64,000 nt of DNA from Andalucia godoyi And28 (taxonomy: Eukaryota; Protista; Jakobida), in the NCBI GenBank assembly GCA_009859145.1, contig VRVR01000029.1, forward strand, positions 248,292-312,291. Direction: 5' to 3'. A model generated the notes under the pieces. It did no database searches, was not told where the DNA came from, and worked only from the letters and a program-made list of their open reading frames with translations. The translations under genes were made by a program, and so were the position numbers. This document shows, one piece after another, positions 20,342-30,750 of the stretch (within the stretch, counting starts at the first letter, position 1; each line of letters starts with the position of its first letter).

Positions 20342-20647
20342 CTATGGGTCTGACATGATTCTGTTGATGCCTGGAAACAGCTGAGGCGGATGGTTGACGT
20401 GGTCGCTCTTCCAATAGGAGCTGAGCCAGTTGTCCTTTGGATTATCATTCTTTCCGATCTTTTCAAACGGCTGATGCTCTCTGCGGTTGGTCCATGAAAC
20501 ATCCCAGTTTGAAGTGGCCATGCGGATTCCAGCATACGTCATCAAGGTTACCTGCACTGCCGTTGCGAACACAATCGGAGCTGCATCAATTGGGAAGCGC
20601 ATGCCACCAATCGACCACAGAGTCTTTCCGAGCTTTTCGATTCTCAT
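20342..20647 (-). CDS. NDUFA4: NDUFA4/B12D (MLRQ)-like small mitochondrial membrane protein, 101 aa
   Basis: 'PIDAAPIVFATAVQVTLMTYAGIRMATSNWDVSWTNRREHQPFEKIGKND' parallels the NDUFA4 single-TM + 'DVxW…PW/FxKxxxND' pattern. First plausible ATG at 20647. Confidence 0.6.
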   Translation of the reverse strand: MRIEKLGKTLWSIGGMRFPIDAAPIVFATAVQVTLMTYAGIRMATSNWDVSWTNRREHQPFEKIGKNDNPKDNWLSSYWKSDHVNHPPQLFPGINRIMSDP

Positions 20648-21014
20648 TGCTTGATGGTCTTTTTTTCTTCTTCTTTCTTTCTTCTTTCCGTTTGTTTTGT
20701 TTTCTCCCGCTTTTTTTTTTGTTTTGCTTGTGTGTTTGTGTCTGTGTGTGTGTGAAAGGGAAAATAAAGGGGAGGAAAATAAAGGAAGAGAATGGAAATG
20801 GAATGGATCAAGAGCGCAGATGTCTTTTATACTTTTTGGAACGCCGTTCATCGTGCAAAAATAAACTGAGCGCTTTATTTTGGAAACGTCAGTGGACAAA
20901 AATATCTTCTGAAAAGAAATGGCCCGCCGCCATTCCGTTTATGGAAATTTTGTCGGACGATATTTTTCATTTTTAATTGGTTTTGGTTAATTGCTGTTGC
21001 TTTTTTGATTTGTC

Positions 21015-21572
21015 TTAGACAAGAGAGGAAAGAACGGCAATGACGCCGAGTGAGAATATTCGGAACGACAAGGACAAGTGCGAGGATGCGTTATTTGTGC
21101 AAAACTTCCCCTTTCCTACGAATGCAACTGCGCTCGCAAATGTGGAGTCCACGGGCCGGAAGCCCGCAAACACATTTTCGTCGAGTGGGCAGTAGCCGGT
21201 GGTGAACCCAATGAAATATTCATAACCGTTCACAATCGACCAGCAGTACCCGGACACTTCGCACGATATGTTGCTGAACGTTACGCTTTGAAACGCGGCT
21301 GCACAAGGAAAAGATACTGTGTCCAGAGATGGACTCGACACTGTGATCTGCTTGAAAATTCCAGATCGGTAATACGATCCCAGACAGGAATCCGCAATCC
21401 TTGTGGAATCGCCGCACCATTCCCCAGAAAAGGTCTTTGCAAATGACGCAGTGGTATTCGGACAGTTGTTCTGCGCAATCGCTGCCTCGACGTGGACTGG
21501 AGACATGCTGAAGCCCTGCAGTAGTAGAGCAAACAGCGCCAATAGAACTGTTCTCGATAGCGAAGCGTGCAT
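21015..21572 (-). CDS. Secreted Cys-rich protein with a predicted signal peptide and GPI-anchor-type C-terminus
   Basis: N-terminal 'MHASLSRTVLLALFALLLQGFS'. Eight Cys in the mature part. C-terminal 'NNASSHLSLSFRIFSLGVIAVLSSLV' (small residues, then a hydrophobic tail). An alternative upstream ATG exists at 21632. Confidence 0.75.
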   Translation of the reverse strand: MHASLSRTVLLALFALLLQGFSMSPVHVEAAIAQNNCPNTTASFAKTFSGEWCGDSTRIADSCLGSYYRSGIFKQITVSSPSLDTVSFPCAAAFQSVTFSNISCEVSGYCWSIVNGYEYFIGFTTGYCPLDENVFAGFRPVDSTFASAVAFVGKGKFCTNNASSHLSLSFRIFSLGVIAVLSSLV

Positions 21573-22436
21573 GCTCGATTGTTCTCTTGTTTTCGAAACG
21601 CTGATTCCTTTCCTTAATGTTTCAAATGCCATCCTTGGAAAAGATGCTCACTTGGTAGTCCGGTGGATGCCAATGCACGAATGTAAATGATCATACTCAA
21701 AAAAAATTATTATAAAAGAAAACAGAAAGAAGAAGCGCAGAAAATATAAACGCCGGAACACCCAGGAAAAAAAAAGCCACCACCACCATCACCAAACAAC
21801 GGACCCAAACCCTCAGTCAATCTCAGGCGGCAGGAGTGCCCAGTGGCGCTCGGTGCTCTGCGGTGCGATCTGTTGTGAAGGGGAAGGAACAGCCAATGTG
21901 CAAGCAAAGTGGATTTTTGAATTCTCCCGATGTTTGCATGCTGTGCAAGCAAATAGTTTTGCTCACATGAACGGCCTCCCCCCCAAAAAAGGCCGAGGCG
22001 GCGAAGGGAAGGGAGGGATTGCAGACGCGAGAATCGAGCCAGCAGCAGGAGTGTGGCACTTGTTGTGGGGGGGTATTGTTCAGTAGTTTGTACGAGACCA
22101 AAAAAAAAAAAAAAAAACACGACGCAACCGACGCAACACACATCATCAGCACACTGTATGCGCATGGTCATCTGTGTATTAAAAAAAACGCAGCCTTGCT
22201 CTGCTCTGCTTTGGGTTCTGTTGAGCGCCTGTAGAGCGCCGTACAAAATTGATCGAGTTTCCATGCTTGCTTGCAGGATTGAGAATGAATCGTCAAAGGA
22301 GAGAGAAAATGGCATGCGTCAGGCTTCCTGGTTCATGGGGCTTGTGCAGACTCCGCTATCAGCCAATCAGAAGCGTGACCCAGGGACAAGGGCGCGGTTC
22401 GCTGTTACACATATCTACGGTGTGTTGTGATCGCAA

Positions 22437-24653
22437 ATGGGGAAATCGCAATCAAAGATCCTGCGGCGCGTGTCGTCGACGCATGAAGAGGAGCTCATCA
22501 AAGGGCTGGTGGAGCTTCAGCAGTGTGTGCAGTCGTCGACAAGTGCGACTTCCGAAGGAGCGAAGCTTGAGTGGAAGGAAATCATAGAGCGATTGGTACA
22601 GATCTTTGCTGCAGAATCATGCTCCTCTGCAGTGTTTGCGGTTCTTTGCGCGACCGTGTCACAATTGTTATGCAATCCGAATGCTCCAGTATTGGTTGGA
22701 TACTCGGATTTTGTGAGAGATCTTCTTCTTCCGGTGTCGCTGCCATTCTTGTTTGATGTCCGCGACACTTACTATACTGCCGCTTATCGATGCTTTTCAG
22801 CCCGACTGAACGACCAAGTTCTCGGCGACTGGGCCATGGTGGTGAAGGACAGCGTGGAAATGGCGCACTGCTTGCGAAGTACGCTTTCTTTCAAGAGCGG
22901 GCTCAGCAGTCACGGTTCCAATCCGAGTGTTTTGAGCGAGGATGTTAACCTGGAGTTTGATTCGAAGAGAGCAACAAGCGATTGGATCGACGCGCTGCAG
23001 CAAGCAATGCATCATGCGGCCTTGACTCCGTTCGTGATTCCTTGCGTCCGAGACATTCTGAGACGCTGTCTGTGGATCCGATTTCCGGAAATTTCCTCCG
23101 GGCTCATGTTCTATTCCGAGATTCTGGATCTGATGAACCGAGAAGCTCCCCTTATCTGGGGTATTCAGGGACAAGGAAGAGCCGCGCGAGCCGCCAGCAA
23201 TGTCGTGGCCAACACGGAAGTATCTGCAAAGCTGCATTTCGCATTGTTCAATCTGATGAATGTCACATGGATGAATATCTCTTTCCACTTCCCAATGGAC
23301 GCATTGATTAAGGACTTTCTGATGAAAAGCGTGCAGTGTTTTGAGAGTTCCATTGTTGCAATGAGCTCAGAAAAACCAGTCTCTGATCTCATTTTGATCA
23401 CGCTCAGTCGGGCAGAGGACCCTCAGTTTTGCTACGAGCTGTGCAGGTTGTTGAAGTCCGTCATTTCGCACGCCAGACCGGATGAAAAGCGCAGAGTCCT
23501 TGTTTTCCATGCTGTTTCTTGCCTGTTCACCAAGAATGCAGATCTCGTCCAGCTGTTCCCCCGATCTTTGGAAAGTCCTCAACCACAGACGATAACACAG
23601 TCTTCCAATTCTCTTGCTGCTGATCCTTCGAGGCTGCAGAGCGGGCTGCATGTTGATCAGTTCATCAGCGCGCTTTTTGAAACATGGCTTGAGCTCCTCC
23701 GCGGTCTGTCCGGATCCAGCATTGAACCTCGATCCTTTTCCTTGACATTTCGTCTAATTATCCTGTTCCTGTTGGTGAGCAAACCGCGGTTTCTGATGTC
23801 GGCGGCGAAGGCTCTCGGGGTTCTTCTGGCGAATGCTCCTCAGCACGCCATTTCAGCCAGCACGGAGATTTGGAAAGAAGCTGTCGGATTCCTGCTTTCC
23901 TCGCAGACGATCTCCACATACATCTCCGAAGGACATCTGGAATTGAGTCTCTTCTTGTCGCTGGAGAGCTTCGAGGCCGGACAAGCCTCATCGCTGCAGC
24001 ATTTGGATTCCATACCAGTTGACCGGCCTGGTGCTCCTGATCCCCAGGTGCTAGCTCAGATCTGCAAGTTGCCCGTTTCTGCTGAGGGAACTGCTCGATT
24101 CACGTTTTATTTTTCAACCATTCGCGATCGTACCGCGCGGATGATGCAGGTGTTCTTGACCAGCTCGCTGGACGACGGGTCGCTGGTGCACTACATGAAG
24201 TTGATGAATCTCACATTTCAGAGTTTCCGGTCCACTTTCATGAATCGGTTTCAGGTGGATACTCTGTCATTGTCCATCATGTTTCTGGTCCGTGGTACGC
24301 GTGATCGGTCTGTAATGGATCATCATGAAGAGGAAATTCGCAGTCTGCGTTCAGATATCTCGGTCCTTCAAGAGAAAATTATATTGCAAGAATCGCAGAT
24401 TTCAAAGTTCAAATCTTCCTTGGCGGCTTCCGAAGGCAGACTGCGCGAACAGCAGGAGTCTTTCAATTGCGCGATATGTTCGGATACATACATTGGCAAT
24501 CATCCGTGCGTACTGACCAACTGCGGCCATATTTATTGCAGGGTCTGCCTAGAGTCCTTTTTGGGGATGCCCGCCCCCGGCCGATCGCGCCACGAGTGTC
24601 CGCTGTGCAGACGTCCGATTGTGAGTCCGTTTGTGGAACTTGCGGGAATCTGA
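22437..24653 (+). CDS. C-terminal C3HC4 RING-finger protein (putative E3 ligase) with coiled coil and an N-myristoylation motif
   Basis: Starts MGKSQS (MGxxxS). Coiled coil 'HEEEIRSLRSDISVLQEKI…'. RING 'CAICSDTY…CGHIYCRVC…CPLCR'. Confidence 0.85.
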   Translation: MGKSQSKILRRVSSTHEEELIKGLVELQQCVQSSTSATSEGAKLEWKEIIERLVQIFAAESCSSAVFAVLCATVSQLLCNPNAPVLVGYSDFVRDLLLPVSLPFLFDVRDTYYTAAYRCFSARLNDQVLGDWAMVVKDSVEMAHCLRSTLSFKSGLSSHGSNPSVLSEDVNLEFDSKRATSDWIDALQQAMHHAALTPFVIPCVRDILRRCLWIRFPEISSGLMFYSEILDLMNREAPLIWGIQGQGRAARAASNVVANTEVSAKLHFALFNLMNVTWMNISFHFPMDALIKDFLMKSVQCFESSIVAMSSEKPVSDLILITLSRAEDPQFCYELCRLLKSVISHARPDEKRRVLVFHAVSCLFTKNADLVQLFPRSLESPQPQTITQSSNSLAADPSRLQSGLHVDQFISALFETWLELLRGLSGSSIEPRSFSLTFRLIILFLLVSKPRFLMSAAKALGVLLANAPQHAISASTEIWKEAVGFLLSSQTISTYISEGHLELSLFLSLESFEAGQASSLQHLDSIPVDRPGAPDPQVLAQICKLPVSAEGTARFTFYFSTIRDRTARMMQVFLTSSLDDGSLVHYMKLMNLTFQSFRSTFMNRFQVDTLSLSIMFLVRGTRDRSVMDHHEEEIRSLRSDISVLQEKIILQESQISKFKSSLAASEGRLREQQESFNCAICSDTYIGNHPCVLTNCGHIYCRVCLESFLGMPAPGRSRHECPLCRRPIVSPFVELAGI

Positions 24654-24780
24654 GATTGCAATAGCGTGATGAAAGAAGGAAAAAAAGGGAGGGGTGGGGT
24701 GACTCATGCATTGTGCATGCATCACGATTCATGTCAACCGAGTACCGACATCACAAGCGCATTTTCTTTTCCTTCTCACT

Positions 24781-24829
24781 CACACACACACACACACACA
24801 CACTCTCTCTCTCTCTCTCTGTCTCTCTC
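24781..24829. repeat. Compound microsatellite (CA)n-(CT)n between convergent genes
   Basis: Directly visible. Confidence 0.9.
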
Positions 24830-24883
24830 GATTGTACAGTACAATCGCAATTATTACCTAGTATCGGTATCTTTACACCAAAT

Positions 24884-27800
24884 TCAAATATTCTTTCTTC
24901 CGATAATGAGAGCAGTGGAAACGTCACCGACACCCTTAACAAAGATCTTCTCGCGCTCTTCGTACGCGTACTTGTCGTGAATGAGCGCCAGCGTTTCTCT
25001 CGTCACCTGGACTCTGCCGACAACTCCGGTGCTCTCCATCTTATTTGCAATGTTCACAGTCGACGCCCAACAATCAAAGGCGAACTTGTCCTCTCCGATC
25101 ACGCCGCCAATTACGCTACCGGTGTTCACTCCACATCGAATTTGCCAAGTCGCCGCCAGTGGCTCCTTCAAAACAAACTCCTTGAGACATTCAATCATCT
25201 CCAGCGCACACTCGACAGCGTCCTCTGCTTGCGTATTGCGACGAACATCCTGAAATCCTGCAACGCCAAAGAACGCGTCGCCAATCGTCTTGATCTTTTC
25301 CACATGGTGCTTCTTGCAGATGCGGTCAAAGCGAATAACGAGATCATTCAGAACACGCACCATCTCGTCCGGGCTGGCATCCTTTGTGGATTCTGTGAAA
25401 CCTGCGATGTCGGTAAATAACACAGACACTTGAGGGTAACGTTTTGAAATGGGGCGGGTGGTATCGATGGAACCATCCGGGCGAATGCGACTCTTGAGCT
25501 GCGATGCTACTTCCTCAGGGAAGATGTTCTTGAGCAGCTTCTCCGAGCGCGCTTGCTCTTCTTTGATCAGCGAGTCTTGCTTCACTCTCTGCGTCCTATC
25601 GTGGATCACCAAGATCAAGAAACCGCGCTGGACAGACGCACACAGCTGCGCCGGGAACGATTCAACAGTTCCGTCTTGTGTTCGAACCATCATCAGCTTC
25701 TCCGTAACAATGTCGGACGTGGCATGGCCAGACACTTCGGCTTCGTTCAGCATTCGGCAGAATCCCCCGACCTTCTCGGCATCCAATTCGGAAAACAGGT
25801 GGCGGATGGACTGTCCAACCAAGGCTTCTCGAGAGCACCCAAACATGATTCCAGCAGCTCGGTTCACCAAGACAATTTTCTCCGACCTATCCACTTCCAC
25901 CAGGGCATCAGGAAGAGCTTCCGACATATCAACAACCTTTGCATCGTCGTCAGCAGCTTCCGATGTGTGTATCTGTCCTGAAGACAGCAGCGCATGAATG
26001 GCGCGATTGTCTTGCACGCATTTGTATGGCAGCATCAGCATCAGCAGCTGCACCTGCCGGAACTCGTCCTGGATCTTGTTCGACAGCATGATCATGATGC
26101 ACAGTAAAATAAGAGACAATGGAACGATTATTCCAAAGTATATGGAGACTCGCGAGTTCATCGCGGAAAATCGGGCCGAATAATCGGACTGGAGGCTGTT
26201 TGCTGCAAACTCCAAATTCCCACTGACTCGACTGTCCCAGTTAACCATCTGCGTGACAAACGCCGGCGTTCTGTATTTTGCAGGATATGTCGTCGCATTC
26301 GATCGATAAAAATATGTAAACATCTCATCCGCGCTAACCAGAACATCTTCGACAGAGTAGCATAGAGGACTCGTCACCGAAGTACAGGCCGCTTGGCGAA
26401 AGGCAGATACCACACCAGGAAGCATATTAGAATGCGTGTAAATTCCCTTTTGATTCGCGCTGGGGAGTCCAAATCGAAATTGTTTGAGGTCCGTTTGGTA
26501 TTTTCTGTTGGTCAGCGCGCCCATCAGACCTTGGATGCGCGACGCTAAAGTACGAGTCAGAGTGGTGAAAAAAACCATGATGACGGTCCAGTCGCAGCCT
26601 GAAGTAAAATCTCTTGAGAGCTTCATGGATCCAGATATTTCCTGTCCCACACCTCCCGAGGTTGAATAGAGTACGTACTGCTCCGTTGAAAACGCGATGA
26701 CAGTGACGAACAAAAACAGCCACAGCACAATACCGACGACCATGGTTCTTGAGACGGAATGCGATCGGAAGTCTTTGGAATTGTTGACATCGGTCTCTTC
26801 CGACCGAGAAGACGTCGTTTGCGAGTACTGTGATGACAGCGAATGCAGCGCGCGCGAAGCATCTGACTTTGGAACCGATTCAAATAGTTCATAGAGCCGT
26901 TTTCTCTCGCGACGAATGGAAATCAATGCAGGAATGATAATAACCAACGGCACAATGATGAGCAGCGCAAGAGAGACTCCGAGGATGATTGAGTTCGTTA
27001 CAACGAGTTGATTGTAGAACGTCGAGTTGAATCTGTCCACGTAGGCATGGGTAATGTCTTGCAGAGTTACGCCGATCGAGGCTGCATTGTACACAACCCA
27101 CAGCCAGTTTGCCGTGGTGAAGGATCCGAATGGTATGTCTTTGTACGCATAGACATTTTGAAAAAGCGTCTGCAGAGCATCCCACGCAGATGTCAGGACG
27201 ATCTGTCCACCGCCGTTGGAGACATCGATTGGAATCCGGGGCGATTTCCACAAATCCATCAGCGCGGAATCGTCCGTGGGAGGATTCTGAACAACAAGCT
27301 GGTCGACCACGAAAACGCCCAAATCGTACGTCGTCTGCAACTTTTTCTGTGCAATTGCGTAGTCAGTAGGCCGAGCAAACAGCGTGGAGATGTAGGACAT
27401 TGTACCTCGGAAAGAGAATCCTTGTCCTAGTTCCTGGAGTCTGCTGGCGCGATACACTTCCGTGAGGTTTCCGTCGAACTTGTTGGTCACTGACACCAGC
27501 ACACCGAACGCGATCGCTACCATAATGAGAAGGACGAAGACCGTGAGAGTCGAGGCAATGATGAGCCGCAAGACAGACGGAGACCTGTAGTTCGCAACTC
27601 GATCCCGGAAAATCGCAACTCGAGAGCCACTGGAGCCCTTAGAACTACCCGACGTTTGAGACTTGCGATCGTCATCACCTCCCGCCTGGCGAGCATCTGA
27701 GGATTCCTGTGACAGACTTTCTAAGCTGCTGCCGAGCTGCGACTTGTCTCGATCCGCAAACGAAACGGGCGCGATTCTGCTGCGTCGACTGGAAGGGAGG

Positions 27801-29575
27801 TGGGAAGCATTGGTGGGCCGCTGAAATTTGGCACCGCCGCTGCCGCCGCCGCCTTGGGCACCATCTTCAAGACGTTCTGCTTCGTACTGTTCCGCCATTT
27901 CCAAGTATTGCTGTGCCTTGAACGGATCCCCTAGAATGTTCTCAAAGAACAAGGCATTTTCCCGGAGTACTGCTGGCGACCGAGGGAACCGTTCTAGCAA
28001 GCTTTGCAGACGAGAGATTAAACTCTTCTTTTCAGAACATACAGCCGAAACCACACCAGACATTCTGCCTTCACTCATTCGATGCTTTGCCAGATCACGG
28101 AAGAACCGTAGCAGCAGATTCTGGAGATTTTCTCGAGCTCGTTGCACCATTTTCAGCTGCACAGCAATCTCACGCGCCTCTTCAGAAAAGAAACCAGAAA
28201 ACAGAGACAAACGAAGCTCGTATCGTAGCGACGTGAACGTAGCAAGCTTGTACCATCCTGAAAGGCCGTGTCTCTCAACATCACTGACAGCCTTCAAAAG
28301 AGCATTCTTGTGCTGCGGGCAAAAGTTGAAGAGGAACAGCGCGTAGTTCAGCAGCGACCCCGTTGCATAATTGGAAGATTTCAGAGACAAGCCTAGCACG
28401 TCTGCAATCATGTCAGCGTCATCCGGGACTTGGGACTGGTGTGATTTCCCGTAGCGCAGCGCGGTGTGAAAATCCAATCGAATTTCGATACCGGCCTCTT
28501 GGGGGCCATCGGAAAACGGCTCTGCCGACGCAGCCGATGCTGCCTCGTCGTGTTCCTCGATTTCTTTTAGCTTGGAGGCATAGTCTGCAAAAAACAAATG
28601 AGATTTCCACGCATCTTGCCGCAGTAGCCAGACAGACAGGGGGATGAAGACAAGCGGAGCAGCAAGAAACGCCCAAGCGACGTTGGCAGTCGGGGCAATT
28701 GCAGACGAATACAAGAAGGCTATAAAACTCCAGGATGCCGCCAGAAAAGAGATGATGAACCACAGCCAGTTAATGTTCATGTCAAAAAACGGCAGCTCGT
28801 AAAAGACGTGTGACGCAAACACAACGGCAACCGCGAACTGGACCATCGGTGCCACCACCATCGCAGATGTGCCATCCAAAAATACGTACAAGAGCACACA
28901 AGCGACTCTGCAGATTGACCACATCGTGGTAAACAACGGGTAGGGACATGCGCTTGGCGACAGTTCCTTGGAGTACTTGGTCTTGATGAACAAGGCGGAA
29001 TACAGAAAATCTGCAGACAAGAGCAAAACCAGGCCCAGGACGGAGAATGCCTGCGCAAGCACCGAGAATGTGGAATTCCAGCACATGTCCGATCGGATCG
29101 AGCACGAAACGGAACGCAAGAGCATAAGACAGCCTGGAAGGAAGCAAACGTTGTGCAGGATCACAAATGTGCTGTTCAGGTACGGAAGCAGCACAATGAG
29201 CGACTCCCGATTGTTCAGCATGCCTACAGCATTCCACAGAAGAAGGCCAGAGGAGCACACCAAAGCAAGACTTGCAGTCAATACGTAGATCTCCAGCACC
29301 TCCAGATAAGACGAAAACAGGCTGTACGGCTCATTGATGACGTTGAGAATTTCAAACACGGTCTTGCTGTCGTCATTCCACGACCACGAAGGCCGCAGCG
29401 CCAGTAGGGCAAACTGCAGCAGGGAAATCAACACTAGCAGAATAGACACAAATGTCGGAAGAACATTGCTCTTCCCAACACGGTGAAACGCCGCTGCAAC
29501 TCGACCAAAGAAGGAGTCGTCGAATGTCGCTGCACTTGATGACTCGCTGCCCTCCGCGGACTGGTGGTCATCCAT
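24884..29575 (-). CDS. Multi-pass membrane PAS-domain class III adenylyl cyclase (TmcB-like N-terminal region)
   Basis: Many N-terminal TM segments. PAS 'LPDALVEVDRSEKIVLVNRAAGIMFGCSREALVGQSI'. Cyclase motifs 'VSVLFTDIAGFT', 'EKIKTIGD', 'IRCGVNTGSVIGGVIG', 'FDCWASTVN'. First ATG (MDDHQS) at 29575. Confidence 0.9.
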   Translation of the reverse strand: MDDHQSAEGSESSSAATFDDSFFGRVAAAFHRVGKSNVLPTFVSILLVLISLLQFALLALRPSWSWNDDSKTVFEILNVINEPYSLFSSYLEVLEIYVLTASLALVCSSGLLLWNAVGMLNNRESLIVLLPYLNSTFVILHNVCFLPGCLMLLRSVSCSIRSDMCWNSTFSVLAQAFSVLGLVLLLSADFLYSALFIKTKYSKELSPSACPYPLFTTMWSICRVACVLLYVFLDGTSAMVVAPMVQFAVAVVFASHVFYELPFFDMNINWLWFIISFLAASWSFIAFLYSSAIAPTANVAWAFLAAPLVFIPLSVWLLRQDAWKSHLFFADYASKLKEIEEHDEAASAASAEPFSDGPQEAGIEIRLDFHTALRYGKSHQSQVPDDADMIADVLGLSLKSSNYATGSLLNYALFLFNFCPQHKNALLKAVSDVERHGLSGWYKLATFTSLRYELRLSLFSGFFSEEAREIAVQLKMVQRARENLQNLLLRFFRDLAKHRMSEGRMSGVVSAVCSEKKSLISRLQSLLERFPRSPAVLRENALFFENILGDPFKAQQYLEMAEQYEAERLEDGAQGGGGSGGAKFQRPTNASHLPSSRRSRIAPVSFADRDKSQLGSSLESLSQESSDARQAGGDDDRKSQTSGSSKGSSGSRVAIFRDRVANYRSPSVLRLIIASTLTVFVLLIMVAIAFGVLVSVTNKFDGNLTEVYRASRLQELGQGFSFRGTMSYISTLFARPTDYAIAQKKLQTTYDLGVFVVDQLVVQNPPTDDSALMDLWKSPRIPIDVSNGGGQIVLTSAWDALQTLFQNVYAYKDIPFGSFTTANWLWVVYNAASIGVTLQDITHAYVDRFNSTFYNQLVVTNSIILGVSLALLIIVPLVIIIPALISIRRERKRLYELFESVPKSDASRALHSLSSQYSQTTSSRSEETDVNNSKDFRSHSVSRTMVVGIVLWLFLFVTVIAFSTEQYVLYSTSGGVGQEISGSMKLSRDFTSGCDWTVIMVFFTTLTRTLASRIQGLMGALTNRKYQTDLKQFRFGLPSANQKGIYTHSNMLPGVVSAFRQAACTSVTSPLCYSVEDVLVSADEMFTYFYRSNATTYPAKYRTPAFVTQMVNWDSRVSGNLEFAANSLQSDYSARFSAMNSRVSIYFGIIVPLSLILLCIMIMLSNKIQDEFRQVQLLMLMLPYKCVQDNRAIHALLSSGQIHTSEAADDDAKVVDMSEALPDALVEVDRSEKIVLVNRAAGIMFGCSREALVGQSIRHLFSELDAEKVGGFCRMLNEAEVSGHATSDIVTEKLMMVRTQDGTVESFPAQLCASVQRGFLILVIHDRTQRVKQDSLIKEEQARSEKLLKNIFPEEVASQLKSRIRPDGSIDTTRPISKRYPQVSVLFTDIAGFTESTKDASPDEMVRVLNDLVIRFDRICKKHHVEKIKTIGDAFFGVAGFQDVRRNTQAEDAVECALEMIECLKEFVLKEPLAATWQIRCGVNTGSVIGGVIGEDKFAFDCWASTVNIANKMESTGVVGRVQVTRETLALIHDKYAYEEREKIFVKGVGDVSTALIIGRKNI

Positions 29576-29911
29576 GGCTGACTGCACAAGCACTGCCGAA
29601 CAAGGATGCTGGAAAATAAAACAAATTAAAACTAGCACGAAAGAAAGAGTGAAAGAGTGAAAGAGTGAAAGAGTGACAGAAAGGAAGAAAGGAAGAGTGA
29701 ATGCGATAAAATAGTACCCAAGAAAACAGCAGCGAGGGGAAAGAACCAAGATCTGTTGAACAGAACCAGAGATCGATCTGGACAGGATTTTATTTCTCTC
29801 TCTTTTTTGCTTGTCACCCAATCCTTGCCCTTCACACTGGCACAGCGCAAACTGCCAGGGCAATTGCGCTTTCGTGAAAGTCTCTACTTTTCGGCAGACG
29901 CGTCTTCCAAA

Positions 29912-30214
29912 ATGTTTGCAGAGGTTGTCCGGGCAGACGGGGCATTACGGAGTGTCCACAGAAGGTGCTCGACAGTCTTCAGCGAAACTTTTGCGGTTGC
30001 ATGCGACAGGCAAACAGCTCGTGTCAAAGACCCCGGACGCACGCTGGACTACTTTTTGCATGGAGCAGTTCAGCTCGCACAGCAAGTATTCACGCAGGCT
30101 TTGTGCCAGCACATCGGACGGAAGCGGTGCCCCAGAGGTGGCCTCCAGACAGATCTTCCCTTTGTGTCCAAGCAAAAGCGCACAGTGGAATTCTCCGAAG
30201 GAGGTTTCGGCTGA
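29912..30214 (+). CDS. Possible orphan 100-aa ORF in the cyclase/IFT54 divergent spacer
   Basis: caaaATG context and protein-like sequence. However, it overlaps competing ORFs on both strands. Confidence 0.25.
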   Translation: MFAEVVRADGALRSVHRRCSTVFSETFAVACDRQTARVKDPGRTLDYFLHGAVQLAQQVFTQALCQHIGRKRCPRGGLQTDLPFVSKQKRTVEFSEGGFG

Positions 30215-30750
30215 CTTTGGGCAATCCCCACACGTTTCGGGCACGAGAAGACTGCAAAACACGCCGTGGTATCGCCGGTCGTACCGTTTGTGCGTACATT
30301 TCATCCAGCAATCAAAAACAAAAGTGTTTGTGCCGTTGAATTATGACACGCCATTGTCATGCATACTGAAGGCGTCATGAACACGCCATCACAATCCATC
30401 GGCCCAATGCTCAACTTGCCATTTTCAGCATTCCCCCGAGGGCATGTTCGGCGTCCAGCGGGTCTGTTTTTTGTTTTTTGGCCTGCATAGGTTAAAAGTG
30501 TCTCTCCTTGCATCACTTGAGACTACAAGGATCGTTACAGTAAGAACAGGTGATTCTTGTGTCAGTGTGTGTGTTTTTTCTGTTTTTCTTTTTTTGGTTG
30601 GCTTTCTTCTTTCCCCAAAACCACGGCTTTGCTATTTTCCGGTTTTTCTTCTGTTTCTTTTCGGGCGGCGCTCTTCTCTTTTTAATTTTTGGTAATAATA
30701 ATAATAATCATAATAATAATTATTTTTTGTTTCTTTGGAGCGTGTTAGCA

